From positions 704,001 to 768,000 of the forward strand of contig CAWBMV010000034.1 of the NCBI GenBank assembly GCA_963789955.1: a stretch of 64,000 nucleotides of DNA. Reading direction: 5' to 3'. How positions within the stretch are numbered: the stretch's first letter is position 1; the number at the start of each line of letters is the position of its first letter. Origin of the DNA: an uncultured Candidatus Rokubacteria bacterium. GTDB lineage: Bacteria; Methylomirabilota; Methylomirabilia; Rokubacteriales; CSP1-6. A model generated the notes under the pieces. That model ran no database searches. It saw only the letters and a list, made by a program, of their open reading frames with translations, and was not told the origin of the DNA. The position numbers and the translations under genes are program-made. This document shows, in pieces, positions 61,573 to 64,000 of this stretch.

Positions 61573-62103
61573 TCAACCCGATCGCGTTGTTCTGATCGGT
61601 CGGTTCGGCGCGGCCCGCGTCACGCCGATCCGCGACTTGATGCGGGCGCGGACGGCCAGCTCTGCTTTCGCCGTGCGCTGGACTCGGCGGAGCGCGGCTT
61701 GTTTGAGCTCGCCCGACGGAACCTCGCCGAACACTCGGATGGTGACGGGCGATCCCCTCCAGAGCGGCACTCGCACGGTCGCCGTGAGTGGCAGCTCGAA
61801 CAATTCGGGGTCGCCGCCGAGCGCGTCGGAGATGACGCCCTTGACCGCGACGACCTCGCCGTCGCGCTTGAGCCGCAAGTCGAGGATCTTGGCGATCAGG
61901 CCGATGAGGAGCAAGAGGCCGGCGGCCACGATCAGAAGGACCGTGACGCGGCCCTCGAGTCGGCCGAAGTGACCCCAATCCGCCGAGCCCCCCGCGGTCT
62001 GCGCCCACGGCGCGCCGCGCCAACACGAGCACGAGCGCTATCAGGGTAATGGCTGAAGCCGAAGCAGATCGAGCCGGAGGACCGGGTCTTCCGTTCTTCC
62101 ACG
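61573..62103 (-). CDS. Hypothetical membrane-anchored protein, possibly with a BON-like domain; 5' part frameshifted and uncertain
   Basis: TM segment LLIVAAGLLLLIGLIA followed by ISDALGGDPEL...IRVFGEVPS. Confidence 0.4.
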
Positions 62104-62229
62104 TGGTCCAGGGGAGGCAAGGTCGGTGCCAGGCCGGAAATGCCGAAATCAGCGCAGGATGCGGAGCGCCACACCTGTCGCGTCGTTGACGCCGACGTAA
62201 AACTTACATGCTTTCGTGAATTTACTTCG

Positions 62230-63240
62230 CTAGCTCGACAGAAACTTCAGGAGCACTTTCTGGCCGAGCAGCCGGATCGAGCGGAGGACTTTTTCCTGGT
62301 CCATGCCCGGCCACTGGACGCGGAAGATCATGGTCGTGACGCCGAGCCGCTCTCGACAGCGGGCGATCTCTTCGACCACGCGCGCCGGGTCGCCGATGAT
62401 GAACCGGTCGCGCGCGAGCTCGCCAAAGCTCGCGTCGAATCTTTCGCCGGGCGGCAGCGCCTTGTCCTGCTCCCAGCGGCGGTACGCGCCGTACTTCGGT
62501 CCGATGAGCGCCGCCGCTTCCGCGAAGGCGGTCGCGGTGTCGGGCGCCACATAGCATTCCTTGATCAGCGGCGTCTCGATGGCCGGCGGACGTCCGAGCT
62601 CGTGTCGCGTTCGGCGAAAGAGCTCGAGCTGGCGCTCGAGCGTCGCCATGGTGGCGTGCGGATTCATCAGCCACGCGTCGCCCAGCCGCGCGGCGCGCCG
62701 AACGCCGCCGTCGCTGTTGGCGGCCAGCCACACCGGCGGCCGGGGGCTCTGCAGCGGGCGCATCGAGATCCGCGTCGATTGCAGCTTGAAGTGTTTCCCG
62801 TCGTAGTTGACCGGCTCGCCGCTCCACAGCCGCTCGACCACCTCGAGCCCCTCGACCAGGCGGCTGACCCGATCTTTGGGATCCTGTCCGAGCGCGCGAT
62901 TCTCGACGTCGCGGTAGCCGAGGCCGACGCCGAAGACCAGACGACCGTCGGAGATGACGTCGAGGGTCGCCAGCTGCTCGGCGATCTCGACGGGATGATG
63001 CAGGGGCAGCAGGAGGACGCCGGTGCCGAGGATCATGCCGCGCGCGTCGGCGGCGAGGCGCGCGAGCGTCGGGATCGGCTGGAAGTAGGTGAACGGATCG
63101 GAGAGATAGTGCTGGCTCGCCCAGATCGAGCTGAAGCCCACGGCGCGCGCGAGCCGCACCTGCTCGACGTGCTCGCGGAAGCGAACGGCCTGCGGCTCCT
63201 CCGGCAGATGCTGAACGGAGAGCCCCAGGCCGAATTTCAC
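62230..63240 (-). CDS. LLM-class flavin-dependent oxidoreductase
   Basis: GFSSIWASQHY, HPVEIAEQLATLDVISDGR, PRPPVWLAAN. Confidence 0.9.
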   Translation of the reverse strand: MKFGLGLSVQHLPEEPQAVRFREHVEQVRLARAVGFSSIWASQHYLSDPFTYFQPIPTLARLAADARGMILGTGVLLLPLHHPVEIAEQLATLDVISDGRLVFGVGLGYRDVENRALGQDPKDRVSRLVEGLEVVERLWSGEPVNYDGKHFKLQSTRISMRPLQSPRPPVWLAANSDGGVRRAARLGDAWLMNPHATMATLERQLELFRRTRHELGRPPAIETPLIKECYVAPDTATAFAEAAALIGPKYGAYRRWEQDKALPPGERFDASFGELARDRFIIGDPARVVEEIARCRERLGVTTMIFRVQWPGMDQEKVLRSIRLLGQKVLLKFLSS

Positions 63241-63743
63241 TCCGGCAGTCTCCAGACGCGGCCGACCGGAGGCTCGTCGGTCAGGGTGAACTGGGGCAAC
63301 GCCATGTGCTCGGCGAGATCCTGGAACACCACGCGCACGCGGCGGCCGATCTGGACGTTCGCCTCGGCCTCGGCCGTGAAGTCCGGCTTGACCAGATTCG
63401 CGATGACCCGCAGCGCCTCGTCCGGAGTCGGCTGACCGCGCTGCTCGTCGAGCTCGACCAGGACCACCGCGTAGGGGGTCATCTCCTTGAAGCCGGGCTG
63501 GATCGCGTGGGCGACGATCTCGTACGAATAGATCGTCCCGCGTCCAGATACCTCGTGCCACGTCCACCCGAGCTCCATGCACCAGGGGCAGGCGTGCGTC
63601 GGCGGGTAGCGCATGAGCCCGCACGCCTTGCACTTGCGCACGACGAGCCGATGGGCGCGCGCGTGCTCGTAGAATTCCTTCCACTCGCTGTCGTTGTCGG
63701 GAACGATCAGCGCCATGCCGCGGTATTGCACCGGCTGAGGCAT
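63237..63743 (-). CDS. Zn-ribbon/OB-fold (DUF35, ChsH2-like) protein
   Basis: CKACG..RYPP...CPWC, VSGRGTIYSY, PYAVVLVELDE, LPQF. Confidence 0.9.
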   Translation of the reverse strand: MPQPVQYRGMALIVPDNDSEWKEFYEHARAHRLVVRKCKACGLMRYPPTHACPWCMELGWTWHEVSGRGTIYSYEIVAHAIQPGFKEMTPYAVVLVELDEQRGQPTPDEALRVIANLVKPDFTAEAEANVQIGRRVRVVFQDLAEHMALPQFTLTDEPPVGRVWRLPE

Positions 63744-63771
63744 CAGAAGCTCCTTGTCTGGGCTCGTACGG

Positions 63772-64000
63772 CTAGTGACGCATGATCAGGGCGCTGCCGG
63801 TCGCGGGCATGGCCCAGCCGAGGTTCATCGTGATCTCGGCGTCCTTGACCTGACGGCAATGGCCCGGCGAGTAGTCGTAGGTGTGCACGCCCTCGGCGGC
63901 GCGCGGGCAGTAGTCGTCGACGGTGCCGCGCAGCTGGCGCACGTTCTCGATCACCATCGACATGCCGTGGGTGTAGCCCTCGCAGAGGTGGCTGCCCGAG
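63772..64000 (-). CDS. SCP2-type thiolase-like protein, C-terminal part (5' partial)
   Basis: SGSHLCEGYTHGM...ENVRQLRG...RQVKDA...SALIM; paired with the DUF35 gene. Confidence 0.75.
   Translation of the reverse strand, partial: SGSHLCEGYTHGMSMVIENVRQLRGTVDDYCPRAAEGVHTYDYSPGHCRQVKDAEITMNLGWAMPATGSALIMRH

Overview
This is a 64 kb window from a very GC-rich bacterium; gene content is reminiscent of Rokubacteria/Methylomirabilota, which is an inference only. Many genes carry single-base frameshifts that look like long-read consensus errors. The left ~23 kb is mixed metabolism: ABC transport, an LLM oxidoreductase, a cyclase, ThyX, a TetR operon, a nitrosocyanin-like cupredoxin with a di-heme cytochrome c, two M20 amidohydrolases, RfbD, MoxR/VWA and a surface protein. 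From ~23.4 to 57.6 kb is a phosphorus-acquisition island: phoBR, a PHP/hydrolase/GH3 operon, phoA plus an ABC system, phoD, phnCEDGHIJKLM plus an IMPase, a degenerate PhnC-like protein, a second PHP, a GAK-system operon (three amphi-Trp proteins, a PhoU-kinase fusion, ATP-grasp, HprK-related kinase), a second phoB and pstSCAB-phoU. An 11-bp-periodic Pho-box-like motif precedes most of its transcription units, and a DnaA-box/NrdR-box-like cluster sits inside it. The right end holds a UGSC selenoprotein (in-frame TGA plus a SECIS-like hairpin, missed by the ORF track) in an operon with LigB/LigA-like genes, then an LLM oxidoreductase, a DUF35 protein and a partial thiolase. No rRNA, tRNA, CRISPR array or transposase was seen; one MITE-like element is present.
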